From positions 1,984 to 65,983 of the forward strand of contig JAFRBB010000008.1 of NCBI GenBank assembly GCA_017405085.1: DNA of 64,000 bases. The letters run 5' to 3'. Below the pieces are notes generated by a model, which worked only from the letters and a program-made list of their open reading frames with translations, ran no database searches and had not been told where the DNA came from. Of the stretch, positions 29,701 to 37,724 are shown in pieces (position 1 is the first letter of the stretch; every line of letters begins with the position of its first letter). The DNA is from Eubacteriaceae bacterium. GTDB lineage: Bacteria; Bacillota; Clostridia; Eubacteriales; Eubacteriaceae. The position numbers and the translations under genes were made by a program.

Positions 29701-31631
29701 GGCTCGGTTGGGCGAAAAACGGAGAAGAGTCCGGTACAGCAGGCTATGGCTATCGTCTGGAAGCCATGCAGATTATGCTGGTGGACAAAGGCGGGGCTGC
29801 GCCAACAATCGCGCCGACTTCGGCAACGGACAAACCCTTTGTGGAAAAATTTAAAAATAACGTGAAAACGGATAGCCTCGTCGCTTATCAAAACCACGTG
29901 CAAAATGTGGGCTGGCAGAATTACGCGGTGGACGGCGGCGTTGCCGGGACCAGCGGCCTTGGTTATCGTTTGGAAGGCATGAAGATCTTTCTGAATAATC
30001 CGAAATACAAAGGGGATATTGAATACCGTACGCACATTGAGAACATCGGCTGGGAAAATGAATGGAAAAAGAATGACGCCATGAGCGGCACCAGTGGTCT
30101 CGGGTATCGTCTGGAAGCCATGCAGATCCGTTTGACCGGTGAGATGGCCAATCACTACGATGTTTATTATCGTGTTCATGCGCAGAATATCGGATGGCTC
30201 GGCTGGGCGAAAAACGGAGAAGAGTCCGGCACGGCGGGCTATGGCTACCGCCTGGAAGCCATGCAGATTGTGTTGGTGGACAAAGGTGGCAAGGCGCCGA
30301 ACATTTCGCCGGCGAGCAATGACAACAGAGCGTTTATTGATAAAAACGCGCAGCCTGTACAACCCGTCGAACCGGATAAACCCACATCAGACAGAGCGGT
30401 GTTGGATACCGGGAAAAATGTGAATACCTCGATCAAACAATTGAGCGGAGACGGTTCAAACTACAATGATGATAACAAAACGATAAAAGCGGTTGTACGA
30501 TCGAACAGTCCGGCGCCGTCAGGTGTGACAACCAAGAATTTGTCTACAACAAGTGTGCCGATCACAGCCTGGTGGGTCGCGAGCAGCCAAACAATTTATT
30601 GGTATTCAAAAGATCCGAAACCGATGCTCAACGCGGATTCCAGCTATATGTTTGCAGATTTATATGTTGTAGAAAATATAGATGCAGCGCACTTTGACAC
30701 ATCGAACGTGACGAATATGAGCAATATGTTTGTTTCCTGTGAAAGTTTAACTGATTTGAATGTGAAAAACTTAGATACATCGAAAGTAACTGATATGCAC
30801 GATATGTTTTTCGGCTGTAAGGGTTTAACCAGTCTTGACTTGAAAAATTTCAACACATCGAACGTGACAAGCATGTTCGCTATGTTTTCTGGTTGTGAAA
30901 GCTTAACCAATTTGAACGTCACGCATTTTAATACATCGAAAGTGACTGATATGAATTATATGTTTTCCGAATGTAAAAGTTTAGCCAATTTGGATGTCAC
31001 ACATTTTGACACATCGAATGTGACTGAGTTTCAAGCTATGTTTAGGAATTGTGATAGCTTAACCAGTCTGGATGTTACGCATTTTGACACATCGAAAGTA
31101 GCTACAATGGAGAGTATGTTTGAAAGCTGTGATAGATTAACTAATCTGGACGTCACACATTTCGACACTTCGAATGTAACGACTATGCGTATGATGTTTT
31201 GCTTATGTAAAAGTTTAGTCGATTTGGACGTCACACATTTTAACACATCGAATGTGACGAATATGCTGGATATGTTTATAGGATGCAGTAATTTAACCAA
31301 TTTGGACGTCACGCACTTTGACACATCGAATGTGACTAATATGAACGGTATGTTTGCTAACTGTGATAGCTTAACCAGTCTGGATGTCACAAGTTTTAAC
31401 ACATCGAATGTGACTTCAATGAGCAGCATGTTTGCTAGTTGTAAAAATTTAAAAACGATATACGCATCCAATGAATTCACAATAGGGAATGATCAGTCTT
31501 CTAGCAGAATGTTTATATATTCCTCCGCTTTAGTCGGGGGCAAAGGCACCGCATATGACGCCAACCATACGGATGGCGAATACGCTCGAATTGATAAGGA
31601 AGGTCAGCCGGGCTATTTCACACAGAAATAA
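26721..31631 (+). CDS. secreted giant surface protein: signal peptide, P/T linker, LRR array 1, Cys-His-Asp peptidase-like domain, 6 ChW repeats, linker, LRR array 2 (about 11 units)
   Basis: It shares its leader and signal peptide with the 20543 gene (MKKKITSVLIIMLCVLMAVPWGVFAQAVNA). FGACNGMS, HGGHVVIAYG and ICDPND motifs are present. The ChW block and the C-terminal half are colinear with the 24488 gene. Confidence 0.9.
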   Translation: MKKKITSVLIIMLCVLMAVPWGVFAQAVNAEKSAENTQQQTTAPAPTPTPETTVPAAEPTPEEPTVTPSPEPTTTAPEPTPNQPAETPQESQDESVSTLADYPDGRAVLDTGDNVNYAIKQLTGQDMKRYRGNETIQAILRSNSPAPAGVTTKNLSISRVPVIAWWDAQAKTIYWYSKDSKPMLNADSVRIFSYFTQLTRLDLSHFDTSKVTDMGAMFAYCGKLTSLDVTRFNTSNVTSMESMFANCHATSLDLSHFDTSKVTDIRNMFWGCSGLTRLDLSRFNTSKVTNMSYMFYCCTSLTRLDISNFDTSKVTNMSFMFLHCRSLKTIYASEKFKTLNVTESDNMFNDCIALIGGNGTGYDANHTDIEYARIDKPGQPGYFTEKEAFEWGVDNFNFTNERLNFYTLGELFTPNVKTYRTLINSKYVHALGDKLTAKEFAYILSGYNPTGEPLWADKEGNEHYEPRIDQNWFGACNGMSSLVLLGKAGMVPYSEYGGSSIHSLSKPVDNDELSSLITYYQLLQFKDWNWRLSSRTLKQTHATNIQNILKGLKKKGTVLVGYQSSHGGHVVIAYGEGDGRTINGRMYDKCIKICDPNDTSENSDNFLYYDSKTYDWIIPKNEKIISAEGAKINTVLSNPADVNHDGYLSTNIRTYSDDTTDDDISLLEDAPYIARLEIYQGNVSGIKKVTKDANGNYVEKAEQGDGSDIVKETFYSGDQDDKGIPGYTLSDAESAYKVTQNTAGPMELILDYENTLYHVRAEKAKSVIFDKNGFVSVDADKGNCAVEMTNNNDNPTDWFTNYAKTTDATKLSMTKTNQGYEVASDNLKDTKVMAANKEETKEEKVSTQKDKMIICETKKDLDVKVDNTGDGKYETSIVDEAKPSDEQAIAYRTHVQNVGWQPYMTNGTIAGTSGFGYRLEAMNINLQNQKYTGDIEYRTHIENIGWENEWKKNDAMSGTSGLGYRLEAMQIRLTGGMAEKYDVYYRVHAQNIGWLGWAKNGEESGTAGYGYRLEAMQIMLVDKGGAAPTIAPTSATDKPFVEKFKNNVKTDSLVAYQNHVQNVGWQNYAVDGGVAGTSGLGYRLEGMKIFLNNPKYKGDIEYRTHIENIGWENEWKKNDAMSGTSGLGYRLEAMQIRLTGEMANHYDVYYRVHAQNIGWLGWAKNGEESGTAGYGYRLEAMQIVLVDKGGKAPNISPASNDNRAFIDKNAQPVQPVEPDKPTSDRAVLDTGKNVNTSIKQLSGDGSNYNDDNKTIKAVVRSNSPAPSGVTTKNLSTTSVPITAWWVASSQTIYWYSKDPKPMLNADSSYMFADLYVVENIDAAHFDTSNVTNMSNMFVSCESLTDLNVKNLDTSKVTDMHDMFFGCKGLTSLDLKNFNTSNVTSMFAMFSGCESLTNLNVTHFNTSKVTDMNYMFSECKSLANLDVTHFDTSNVTEFQAMFRNCDSLTSLDVTHFDTSKVATMESMFESCDRLTNLDVTHFDTSNVTTMRMMFCLCKSLVDLDVTHFNTSNVTNMLDMFIGCSNLTNLDVTHFDTSNVTNMNGMFANCDSLTSLDVTSFNTSNVTSMSSMFASCKNLKTIYASNEFTIGNDQSSSRMFIYSSALVGGKGTAYDANHTDGEYARIDKEGQPGYFTQK
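29379..30283 (+). repeat. ChW x6 coding block, copy C
   Basis: It matches copy A (offset 6088) and copy B (offset 4771) without gaps. Confidence 0.9.
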
Positions 31632-31734
31632 AGGCGCATTATTGCTAGAAAAAATGAATTTCGGGCGCTCGCAAGAGCGCCCGCATCCCATGAAGCGATA
31701 AAGCATCAATACAAAGAGAGAGGAGATAAGATTA

Positions 31735-34020
31735 ATGAAAAAGAAATTGACAGTGTTGATGGCAGTCCTTTGTCTGTGCTTGGGAATGAATATCATGGCG
31801 CAATCAACCGTTCAATCGAGCGGCATGACTTTTGCGATTGGTGACCCGCGGACTGCTTCCCTTGTTCAAATGGAAGATGCCGCAGTAAAAGATGGAAAAC
31901 TGGTGATTCCTGAGACGATTTCCACCGAAAACGGCGAAGCGCGGGTGACAGACATCGGCGTGAACGCGCTCAAAACGACGGCTCCGATTAGCTTGATTGA
32001 GATTCCCGCGTCGGTTGGCAACATAGACCTCACCAATGCCGACTATTTAAAAGACGCGACGATTGTTTGCGCAAAGGGAAGCGTGGCGGATGAATTCGCG
32101 AGGAGACAACACATCGCCGTGTCCTACACTGAGGATAGCGGGTCTAAATCAGACCAAAGCGAAGCCAGCGAACCAATAAAACCGTCGATGACTCTGGATG
32201 AAATCAAAAACGCTTTTTCTTATCGTGCTCATGTGGCCAATATTGGATGGCAACCTGCGGTGCGTCTTGGGAAGACAGCGGGAACCACAGGCAGAGGATT
32301 TGGCCTGGAAGCGCTGGAAATCGACACCGGTATTGCCGATAAAACAAAACTCGGAATTTCTGCCGAGGCCCATGTTGCCAATGTCGGTTGGATGAATCCG
32401 GTAACGGACGGACAAATGGTGGGCACCACGGGACAGGGCAATGCCATCGAGGCCATCAAAATCAGCTTGACGGGAAGCGATGCCGGCGCCTTTGATCTTT
32501 ACTATCGGATCCACGTTCAAAACTATGGATGGCTGGATTGGGCCAAAAACGGAGAAAAGGCCGGAACCGAAGGCTTTGGTTATCAAACAGAAGCGATTGA
32601 GATCATGATCGTCGCGAAGGATGACGCCGCGCCCGGAAAAACAGATCGTCCTTTTGTGGATAGCTCCCTTTTAACAAACGGAAGCATCACCTACCGGGCG
32701 CACAGTCAAAATCTTGGATGGCAAAATGATGTGGCTGCCGGTGAAACAGCCGGAGCGGAAGGGCTTCGAATGGAGGCTTTTCAAATCAACGCGACAGTTG
32801 ACAATTTGCCGGAAGGCGAAGCCAAGGTCCAATACCGCGCCCATGTGCAAAATATTGGTTGGCAGGGTTGGAAACGGGATGGTCAGATTGCCGGAACCAC
32901 GGGTAAGGGCTATCGCGTGGAAGCAATCGAGATGAAACCCTCGCCCCAAATGGAAAAAGCGTATGATGTCTATTATCGGGTCTCAATCGCCCATTTCGGC
33001 TGGCTGGATTGGGCCAAAAACGGCCAGAGCGCCGGCAGTACTAGCATGAGTTTTCAAATAGAGAGAGTGCAGGTGGTTTTGCTTCCCAAAGGCAGCGAAG
33101 CTCCCGGAGAGACAGCTCGACCTTTTGTTACACCAGATTATGTAAGGTCATTATGTGACGTTGAATACCAAGGGCATGTCCAAAATATCGGTTGGATGGA
33201 TTGGACCAAAAACGGGAACCACATCGGAACGATGGGTAGTGGACTCCGGCTTGAAGCTTTTTCGATGAAACTTGGCGGTCATTTCGCGCAAAATTCAAGT
33301 GTCTCCTATCAAGCACACCTTCAAAGTACCGGATGGCAGGGATGGAAGACCCAAGGACAAACCGCCGGAGAAACCGGAACGGCAAAACGCATTGAATGTT
33401 TTCAGGTGAGTTTAAACGGTGAAGCTGCTGCGGTTTATGACGTCTACTATCATGCCTATGTGCAAAACTATGGCTGGCTGGATTGGGCGAAAAACGGAGG
33501 ATGGGCCGGTACAACGGACGGAAGCCTCCGCATCGAAGCGATTTCTGTGATGTTAGTTCCCAAAGGTCAGCCCGCGCCGGGTCCGACGTTAAGACCGTAT
33601 ATCAAAATTGAGAAATATCCCCAGGCTTCGGCAGTGTTAAATCGAATCGGACGAAGTTTGCCGGCGGCCTTTGCCTGGTCGGTTAATATGCCTTACCAAA
33701 CCATGGCAACATCACCGGTGCTCTCATGCAGACAATACGCCGATTATGGGTTTGTCCATTACCGCGGCAATTGCTATGTATATGCGTCTACATTCTGTGA
33801 AATGGCAAAAGCCTTGGGCTATAGAGCTTTCTTTGTTGCCGGTTCGGTTCCTAGTCTCAGCGGTGGTTTAACACCCCACGGATGGGTTGAAATTGAAGAA
33901 CCTGATGGGTTATGGGTTTATGACCCTGAATTCCAGCATGAAACCGGGTTAAATGGTTATCGTTTCCGTTATGGGCAACACAACACCTGGATGTATGCCG
34001 GCGGACATCGAGTGAATTAG
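31735..34020 (+). CDS. secreted protein: signal peptide, short LRR_5-like N-domain, 9 ChW repeats, C-terminal transglutaminase-like cysteine peptidase domain
   Basis: MKKKLTVLMAVLCLCLGMNIMAQS signal peptide. Nine Y(R/Q)xHVxNxGW repeats fall in three triplets. The C-terminus has YRGNCYVYAS...HGWVEIEEPDGLWVYDPE, a Cys/His/Asp transglutaminase-core pattern. Confidence 0.85.
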   Translation: MKKKLTVLMAVLCLCLGMNIMAQSTVQSSGMTFAIGDPRTASLVQMEDAAVKDGKLVIPETISTENGEARVTDIGVNALKTTAPISLIEIPASVGNIDLTNADYLKDATIVCAKGSVADEFARRQHIAVSYTEDSGSKSDQSEASEPIKPSMTLDEIKNAFSYRAHVANIGWQPAVRLGKTAGTTGRGFGLEALEIDTGIADKTKLGISAEAHVANVGWMNPVTDGQMVGTTGQGNAIEAIKISLTGSDAGAFDLYYRIHVQNYGWLDWAKNGEKAGTEGFGYQTEAIEIMIVAKDDAAPGKTDRPFVDSSLLTNGSITYRAHSQNLGWQNDVAAGETAGAEGLRMEAFQINATVDNLPEGEAKVQYRAHVQNIGWQGWKRDGQIAGTTGKGYRVEAIEMKPSPQMEKAYDVYYRVSIAHFGWLDWAKNGQSAGSTSMSFQIERVQVVLLPKGSEAPGETARPFVTPDYVRSLCDVEYQGHVQNIGWMDWTKNGNHIGTMGSGLRLEAFSMKLGGHFAQNSSVSYQAHLQSTGWQGWKTQGQTAGETGTAKRIECFQVSLNGEAAAVYDVYYHAYVQNYGWLDWAKNGGWAGTTDGSLRIEAISVMLVPKGQPAPGPTLRPYIKIEKYPQASAVLNRIGRSLPAAFAWSVNMPYQTMATSPVLSCRQYADYGFVHYRGNCYVYASTFCEMAKALGYRAFFVAGSVPSLSGGLTPHGWVEIEEPDGLWVYDPEFQHETGLNGYRFRYGQHNTWMYAGGHRVN

Positions 34021-34038
34021 AAAGGGGAGTAAGATAAG

Positions 34039-34836
34039 ATGAAACGAAAACTAATTTTAGCAACTGGATTATTGATAGCGATGTTGTTGTTTGCCGGTTG
34101 CGGTGCTGAACAAAAGACGATTGGCGAAAAAGCCGAGGGCGAGCATATCTATCAGGTTAACGTGACCAATGATACAGAAAAGGTCATCACAAAAGTGCAA
34201 GTGAAAGACAACAGCATGAAGGACTACTCGGACAATATGCTTAAAAAGGATGAGACCTTCGCGGCAGGCGAAACGAGAACGATGTATGTTGACAGCGAAG
34301 CGGCGAAAGCGGCGGCAAAGAATAATTCAAAGACAAAAGAAAGCTATCAGATAAAAGTGACTTTTGATGATAAAAGCGAAAAAACATTGTCGGATGTGCC
34401 CTTTTCGGATATGAAAGCTTGCATTATCAAATGGGATAAAGATAATAAAGTGGCCTATTTGACCTACGAATCAGAAAAAGACGGCAAGAGCGTTTCAACG
34501 AAAGAAGCGGAAATCAAAAGAAAAAAAGACGCCGAGAAAAAAGCTGCTGAAAAAAAGGCGGCTGAGAAACAAGCCGCCGAACAAAAAAAGACCCAGGAAA
34601 GTCAGGCGGCGCAAGCAAGCAATGCCGGCTCTGGTGATGCGGGGACTCAGCAGGAAAACTCTGCGGCTTACGACAACAGCGGCACAAGCTATTCGGAAGG
34701 AACCAGCGGTGATTATAGCGGCGGTGCTGCTCAATCGGCGGACAGCGGCAGCAGCGCCCCGGCAGCCGGCGGCGCGAGCTCCGGTCAGGCTACGGCGTCA
34801 TCGGGCGGTTGTGTCAACGGCGGGCTGATGAACTGA
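34039..34836 (+). CDS. lipoprotein with low-complexity K/A/E and S/G-rich C-terminal half
   Basis: MKRKLILATGLLIAMLLFAGC has a lipobox (LFAGC). Confidence 0.75.
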   Translation: MKRKLILATGLLIAMLLFAGCGAEQKTIGEKAEGEHIYQVNVTNDTEKVITKVQVKDNSMKDYSDNMLKKDETFAAGETRTMYVDSEAAKAAAKNNSKTKESYQIKVTFDDKSEKTLSDVPFSDMKACIIKWDKDNKVAYLTYESEKDGKSVSTKEAEIKRKKDAEKKAAEKKAAEKQAAEQKKTQESQAAQASNAGSGDAGTQQENSAAYDNSGTSYSEGTSGDYSGGAAQSADSGSSAPAAGGASSGQATASSGGCVNGGLMN

Positions 34837-35918
34837 TGAAACAGCAAGATACACAATTTCAGTCGGAGCCGATAAAGGGGTACGTTTATCTCCGTGTAAT
34901 AGCCTGTCTGGCCATTGTGATTTTGCACACAGCATACGGTGCAGCATTCCAGTTTGAGGAAGTCATATCATCGTTTCAACATACTGGTGCAATGGTGGTG
35001 ACAAATAGCATGATGTGGGCGGTGCCCTGCTTTGTGATGGTTACCGGCGCGCTGCTGCTTCCGCCGGAAAAAGACATTTCCTACGACAAGCTGTTTAAAA
35101 AATACATTTTTCGGGTGGCGCGCGCGCTGGTGATCTGCGGTTTGGCTTTTCGACTTTTCGATATGGTCATGGACGGCGAGCCCATGACCTTCATGGGATT
35201 TTTGTACGGATTTGCCGAGATTTTTACCGGGCAGGGTTGGTCGCATTTATGGTATCTCTATCTGTTGATCGGCCTGTATTTGCTCCTGCCTTTTTATAAA
35301 AAAGTGACGGCGAACAGCAGTGACCGCGAGATGATTTATCTGCTGGCCGTCGGCGGCATCTTTACCGCTCTGTTGCCGATGCTCGAAGCTTTTCACGTCA
35401 GCTGCGCTTTTTATATTCATGTCGCGACGATTTATCCTTTCTATCTGCTGATGGGCTATGCTTTGCGAAAGGGCATTGTCAAGGTGACGAAATGGCAGGC
35501 TTTGGGATTGATTGTCCTTTCGTTGGCGGCCATTATCGGCATGACTGTCTATCGGTGGCAAAACGGAAGCGAGGCTTTTGAAGCGCTTTTGGGATACAAT
35601 TCATTGTTTGTGGCGGCGCTTGCTGTCGGCGTTTTTTCACTGGTGAGCAGCGTGCGTTTGACGTTGCCGAAAGCGCTGGAACGATTCATCAAATCCATCG
35701 ATTACTGCTCTTTCGGCATTTATCTCATCCATATGGTGTTTGTGCGATTAGTCCTGCGTTATTGGCGTTTTAATCCCTTTACCCACGGCGGGGTCATCGC
35801 CTTTGCGGGGATTGTCATCGGCGTGTTTATCGTATCTTTTGTGTTGGTATGGCTTGGAAAGAAAGGCATTTTGTTATTAAAGGCTTTACGATTTACTTCA
35901 AAGACAGATGGGAATTAA
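34836..35918 (+). CDS. acyltransferase family 3 integral membrane protein (putative glycan O-acyltransferase)
   Basis: It is polytopic and hydrophobic, with an N-terminal ...LRVIACLAIVILH motif typical of acyltransferase_3. ATG 34836 overlaps the upstream TGA (TGATG). The alternative start is 34809. Confidence 0.7.
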   Translation: MKQQDTQFQSEPIKGYVYLRVIACLAIVILHTAYGAAFQFEEVISSFQHTGAMVVTNSMMWAVPCFVMVTGALLLPPEKDISYDKLFKKYIFRVARALVICGLAFRLFDMVMDGEPMTFMGFLYGFAEIFTGQGWSHLWYLYLLIGLYLLLPFYKKVTANSSDREMIYLLAVGGIFTALLPMLEAFHVSCAFYIHVATIYPFYLLMGYALRKGIVKVTKWQALGLIVLSLAAIIGMTVYRWQNGSEAFEALLGYNSLFVAALAVGVFSLVSSVRLTLPKALERFIKSIDYCSFGIYLIHMVFVRLVLRYWRFNPFTHGGVIAFAGIVIGVFIVSFVLVWLGKKGILLLKALRFTSKTDGN

Positions 35919-36129
35919 GGGGTTTTCTTTTGAACAAACGTATTTTAAGCGGCCATGGAGGTGACGGTAATCTGTTGGTTTGAACTGTCATTAACAAAGT
36001 TTTTATTTAAAATACGTTAAAAAGTCTGTCGGGTGAAAAGACTAAATTATACATGTTGTACTTGAAAGCCTGCAGTAGGATTTTATGTAAAAAAGTAAAA
36101 TATGTATGCTTCAAGATGAGGAGAGAATC

Positions 36130-37650
36130 ATGGCAAATTTTTGCGGAAAATGCGGCGCGCCTTTGGAAGACGGAGATCGGTTTTGCATGAATTGCGGCGA
36201 ACCGGTTAAAACGCTTGATGAGGAATTGACGGTTCCTTTAAAATCTTCCGACGAAAAGGAAATTCCTAAAGAGCCGAAGGGTTCAGAGAACGCGTCGGAA
36301 AAGAAAATCGGTTTGGCAGCTCGGGCTGTGCGTCAATCGGATAACAGTCATGAAATATCGCAGGATATTTCAAAAGAAGAAAAAGGAAATGCGGGAGAAA
36401 GCGCAGACGCAGATGATGTTCTAGAACAAAAAGTAACGGAAAATCGGCGTAATGATCATTCAACAAAAGATGAAGCGTCTCAACGAAAATCACCTGAAAA
36501 AACGCCGGGTATACCGAAAGCAGCGCCGCCAAAGAAGAACAACAAGACCATTTTCATCATCGTTGGCATTGTTGTCGGCATTATCGCGATCGGCGCGCTC
36601 ATCTATTGTTTTGCTACCGGTATTTTGCCGCCGAAAACGACGGTGCCGATTGCTTTCAAGATTAATATTGATAATGGTTTTAACAATGAGTCAACGCCGA
36701 TTGTGGCTAAAATCACGGATAAATCAAACAAAGATAATGTGACCTATGCCGCATTCACATCAGACGGCGGGAGCAATACGGAAGTGAATGTGCCGCAGGG
36801 AGAATATGATATTACGCTTATCAGTCCAATTAATGCCGATGGCTCAATTTATGACATGGGTAAAACCGTGACGGTCAACACAGAGTCGGAGAACGAACGA
36901 AACGTGAGCACAAGCTGCAAACGCGTCCCCGCGGACAATGTGACATCCGCACAGCTTCAAGATATTGTGGATGCGCTGAACGCGGCCAATCAAAGTGCTA
37001 AATTGCCGGATGGTTCTTTGGACAATGCCAACAAGCGCTTGGATTCAAAAAAAGAAGCAGAAGAAAAACAAAAATTAGAGCAAGAGGCATATGATTCTAT
37101 CATCGAACAATATAATCATGCCATTTCGGCAAATTATACCATAAGCCAACTTGATAATGAAAAATTAAGTGATAAGTTTTATCAATCTTACTACAGTGGT
37201 TCATCGGGAACATCGAGAAGTTTCGGCTATGCATTGATGGATATAGACGGCGACGGTACACGCGAACTGCTCATCGGAGAAGTCGGAGAGCCCAAAATTT
37301 ATGATATGTATACCATCAAAAACGGTCAGGCAGAAAGATTGTTTTATTCTCGCGGACGTTCATATTACAATTATGCCGGAGGAAATAAAATATTGCATGA
37401 TGGGAGTAATGGCGCTTCTTCACATGTCTGGGAACTCTATGAATATAATCAGGATCTTGTTAAAATTGACGGTGCCGAAAGTAAAGGAACATATAGTAAT
37501 TCCAAAGAAATCGTAGATTATTATGTTTTTGATAACGGCGATATGAGGCAGACTGACCAATCGGAATACACGAGCAAGTATCAATCATTAGAGGCAATGA
37601 AAGAAACCTATGAAATGACCCTGTTTCCGACTTTACAGCAAGGGCCATGA
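36130..37650 (+). CDS. zinc-ribbon membrane protein (N-terminal CxxC...CxxC, one TM helix, extracytoplasmic domain)
   Basis: MANFCGKCGAPLEDGDRFCMNCGEPV, with TM segment IFIIVGIVVGIIAIGALIYCFA. ATG 36130 follows GAGGAG. Confidence 0.8.
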   Translation: MANFCGKCGAPLEDGDRFCMNCGEPVKTLDEELTVPLKSSDEKEIPKEPKGSENASEKKIGLAARAVRQSDNSHEISQDISKEEKGNAGESADADDVLEQKVTENRRNDHSTKDEASQRKSPEKTPGIPKAAPPKKNNKTIFIIVGIVVGIIAIGALIYCFATGILPPKTTVPIAFKINIDNGFNNESTPIVAKITDKSNKDNVTYAAFTSDGGSNTEVNVPQGEYDITLISPINADGSIYDMGKTVTVNTESENERNVSTSCKRVPADNVTSAQLQDIVDALNAANQSAKLPDGSLDNANKRLDSKKEAEEKQKLEQEAYDSIIEQYNHAISANYTISQLDNEKLSDKFYQSYYSGSSGTSRSFGYALMDIDGDGTRELLIGEVGEPKIYDMYTIKNGQAERLFYSRGRSYYNYAGGNKILHDGSNGASSHVWELYEYNQDLVKIDGAESKGTYSNSKEIVDYYVFDNGDMRQTDQSEYTSKYQSLEAMKETYEMTLFPTLQQGP

Positions 37651-37724
37651 TGCGATGCATTAGAATATAAAAAGATTAAAAATAGATACACAAAATCAAC
37701 GGTGACAAAAACGAGGAGATCATC

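Noticed and set aside
22646-30283. Near-identical repeat pairs as template/variable repeats of a diversity-generating retroelement
   Set aside because: There is no reverse transcriptase gene in the window. The differences between copies are substitutions of all types, many synonymous, rather than adenine-specific.
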